Shown: piece after piece, positions 60,664 through 64,000 of the stretch
Layout of the letters: every line of letters starts with the position of its first letter
Position numbering within the stretch: the stretch's first letter is position 1
Assembly (NCBI RefSeq): GCF_000143415.4
Contig: NW_003314308.1
Coordinates: 1,034,654 to 1,098,653 of the forward strand
DNA: 64,000 nucleotides
Direction of reading: 5' to 3'
DNA from: Selaginella moellendorffii
Taxonomy: Eukaryota > Plantae > Lycopodiophyta
Program-made: the position numbers and the translations under genes
The notes under the pieces: generated by a model
Seen by the model: only the letters and a program-made list of their open reading frames with translations
Databases searched by the model: none
Told to the model about the DNA's origin: nothing

Positions 60664-63376
60664 ATGACGTCTCTCTTCATCTTATTTGGGTTCCTAGCTT
60701 TGTCAACGGTTATTGCTGTAAGAAATTTCCTTACATGTTCATTATCTTATACATTGATTTGTAGGTTGAGGATAGTCGCGTTTATATCGTACATTTGGGC
60801 CATACTGATGGAACAAAACATCCAGATGCTATTACCGACACACATAATTCATTGCTTGCCACAGTTCTAAACAAGTACGAATTTGTTTATCTTTGTTAGT
60901 AAATTATTTCTTTTTAATTTTTTTACAGACCAAGTTATGAAGCGAGAGATCATATTATTTACAGTTACAAACACACTATTGATGGATTTGCTGTCAGGCT
61001 TACCACCAAGCAAGCAAAACACATGTCTGGTAACAATATCACTTCTATTAAATCTTATATTTTTATTTTGTCTCTTTTAAATGCAGAGCTTCCTGATGTT
61101 GTGTCTATTCATGAAAATCGCGTCCGTAAGCTTCACACTACTCGCTCTTGGGATTACATGGGGGTGAGTGGAAGTACAAATATGCCTCTATTTTCTAGCA
61201 GCAAACCTCTATGGGAACTAGGAGAATATGGAAAAAATGTGATAGTTGGGATATTAGACACAGGGGTTTGGCCAGAATCTCCAAGCTTTAACGACGATGG
61301 TATGGGCGAAATCCCCAGTAAGTGGCGAGGGATATGTCAAGAAGGAGATGCCTTCAACTCTTCACACTGCAACAGGCAAGTATCGTAGTAACAAAGTTTG
61401 CTGATAACAAATCTCTCAAATATATACAGGAAGTTGATTGGAGCACGCTACCATTTGAGAGGGTATTTGGAGGGGTTGTCAAAGAAAGAGAAGAAGGTTC
61501 CAGGAATCTTATCTGCAAGAGATGACGACGGCCATGGGACACACACAGCTTCCACTCTCGCAGGCAGATTGGTCCAAAACGCCACAGTTGTGGGGAGATT
61601 TGCCCAGGGAACTGCTGCAGGAGGAGTTCCAGGGGCGAGGGTTGCAGCATACAAAGCTTGCTGGGGGGGAGACGATGGGTATTGCCATGAGAGTGATTTG
61701 ATTGCTGCGATGGATCAAGCAGTGCACGATGGAGTGGACGTTATATCAATTTCTAATGGAGGTGAGGAATATGCTAATGACGTGGTAGCTCTTGCTGCTC
61801 TTTCCGCGGTCAAGAAAGGTGTCACCGTTGTGGCTTCTGCTGGAAACGAAGGCGTCAAAGGAATGGGCAATAGTGACCCATGGCTCATCACAGTTGGTGC
61901 TAGTAGTATGGATCGATGGGGATCAGCTCGATTATCTTTAGGCAATGGCACGACTTTCACGGTTTGTTTCTCTTTTGTGTCCATGGCTGCTTTGTTTGCT
62001 AACTCTTTCTGTGTCTAGGGTAAATCCAGACTTTCCATTGGTACAGAGAGCTTTCTTCCACTGGTTCCGGGTTATGAAGTAAACGCACCAGAGTCTACCA
62101 CACAAGACAGGTTTGAAAATTTCATTATCAAATTAATCCTGCAAAGTGTTAATAAGTGTCTCTTGTTTCAGCTTGTACTGCATGGATTATTCTTTGGACC
62201 GTGAGAAGGTCCAGGGAAAAATTGTCCTGTGCATGCGAAAGCGTGGTAAAGATACCCTTGCTCAAAGCACTGAGGTGAGGGATGCTGGTGGTGCCGGCAT
62301 GATCTTGTATGAAGATGTTAAAGACGAGCAAGAGCTGATGGATTATTGGCATTACGTGCCCTCTATACACATCTCAGCAAAGGATGCTCTCGCAGTATTT
62401 TCGTATATGAATTCGTCAAGGTTTGATATTAGTACAATTTAAAACTGTGATTTCTAACTTTTATGTTTTTGTTTTCTAGTAATCCACGAGCATATATTTC
62501 TGGATCAGATACAAATTATGGTGCCAAAGATGCTCCCGCCATGCCTGACTTTTCATCTAGAGGCCCTAGCAAGGTTTATCCAGATATTATCAAGGTAATC
62601 AGATATTACTTTTTCTCTAATAATAAAAAAACTGGTGATTTGCAGCCGGACATCACAGCACCTGGTGTTGATATTTTAGCAGCATGGCCTCCAAATGTGG
62701 ATTTGGGTGAAGGCAGAGGACGTGGAAATTTCAACTTCCAGTCTGGAACTTCAATGTCATGCCCTCATGTTGCTGCTGTGGCTGCACTCTTAAAATCATA
62801 CCACCAAGATTGGAGCCCTGCTGCAATTAAATCTGCAATATTAACAACAGGTAAGGTGGTACTTTCAATCAATCACTAAGATAGATTCTTATCATTTTGT
62901 ATATCCCAGCTTATATTGGTAATGGGCTCGTGAATGGAACACCAAATGATTTTGGAAGCGGTCATATCAATCCAAACGCGGCAGCACATCCGGGTCTGAT
63001 CTACGATCTTGACTACAACCAAATCCCAGTGAAAGCTTTTGGCGCCAACAAGATCCTGAGCAACCTCAACTTTCCGTCGGTAGGAGTCTCCCGGTTCCAC
63101 ACGAAGTACACCGTGAAGAGGACTGTGACAAATGTCGGAGACGATCGAGCAACGTATCGCGTGACCATCGATCCTCCTCCGGGGATTGCCGTCACGATTA
63201 CTCCACAAGTTTTGGAGTTCACTCGCAAAGGGCAATCCCAATCGTTTCTAGTGGATCTGAGGCTCAAGACGAAGGTGGCGAAGAGCAAGCTCCATCGCGG
63301 ATATATATTTGGCTCCTTTACATGGAAGGATGAGAGGCACACAGTGAGAAGCCCAATTGCCGTGCGCTACGCATAG
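60664..63376 (+). CDS. Subtilisin-like serine protease (I9, S8, PA, Fn3), multi-exon
   Basis: Signal peptide, LHTTRSW, ILDTG (Asp), GHGTHT (His), SGTSMSCPH (Ser) and C-terminal VRSPI. Confidence 0.93.
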
Positions 63377-63446
63377 TTTATCACAAACAAGATCACAAAA
63401 GCCTGGAGCTTCCAAAAATTTCTTTCCAAATTTCTGTGAGATTCTC

Positions 63447-63802
63447 CTACCTCGATCTTAAATCCTCCAAGTATGCGTGTAGCTTTGCCTGAAACTCCTT
63501 GCTCTTCTCAAAGTTCTTCTTCCGCTTGACGGCTTTCTACCAGAACCAAATTGGAAACCATGGCAGGCCATTCGAGCGTCAAAAAATTAAAGACACAAAC
63601 CTCTTCTTGCAAGCAGCGCACCAGCTCGAGCTTGAGATCGTTGCATTTCCCCCAAAACTTGGCCGCAGGGTGATCCTCGTGGCAGCGCAGGAACAATGTG
63701 ATGATCTGAGGAAGAAAAACCCTATGGGCTGATCGAATCGATTCATGTATCGCTCACCTCGGTGCAGAGCGGATGCTTGTGAAGAACGAGTGGAGGATGC
63801 AT
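63447..63802 (-). CDS. CMC2: COX assembly twin-CX9C protein (Cmc1/CMC2 family), 3 exons
   Basis: Spliced MHPPLVLHKHPLCTE|IITLFLRCHEDHPAAKFWGKCNDLKLELVRCLQEE|KAVKRKKN. Confidence 0.85.
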
Positions 63803-64000
63803 TTGCTCACAAGCCCTAATTCTCCCACACGAAATTAATGTGAGCCGTTGGATGTAAACACAGAATATCCTAGACACTTGGTTTTTTCTCGATGAGCAAG
63901 ATTTAAGGATTGCTAGAGCGATTTGATCAGTGAAAAAAACTACCAGGTAAGAGAGTGTGGATATATGTGCTCCAATTTAGCACGAAGCTTTGGATTCTTG

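Overview
Eukaryotic, plant nuclear DNA. The very short (~50-70 nt) introns, dense SS-rich PLS-class PPR genes and minimal intergenic spacers point to a lycophyte such as Selaginella (inference only). 1-19.5 kb is mostly transposon and pseudogene sequence. It holds a decayed bacterial/fungal-type MBL-fold hydrolase gene, a rearranged Ty1/copia element (165-bp LTRs, CTGCG TSD, internal inverted duplication), a possible Crinkler/REase-like remnant, a decayed 25S/26S rRNA fragment, an intact Cassandra-type TRIM with 5S rRNA promoter boxes in its LTRs, and gypsy remnants. An intron-containing Lnt-like (apolipoprotein N-acyltransferase/CN-hydrolase) gene lies at 19.8-21.6 kb, followed by an AT-rich gap. 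26-64 kb is an extremely compact gene island: seven P-class PPR paralogs sharing one intron, four PLS-class PPRs, F-box/PP2, 2-hydroxyacyl-CoA lyase, tRNA-Cys, DUF1997, cytochrome P450, a METTL21-like methyltransferase, a subtilase and a CMC2-like gene. The most striking pattern is that several same-strand neighbours are separated by only 33-93 bp. In three cases that spacer is mostly filled by a canonical GT-AG intron, leaving 11-37 nt between stop and start codons. This suggests spliced polycistronic (operon-like) mRNAs in a land plant, which needs transcript data to confirm.
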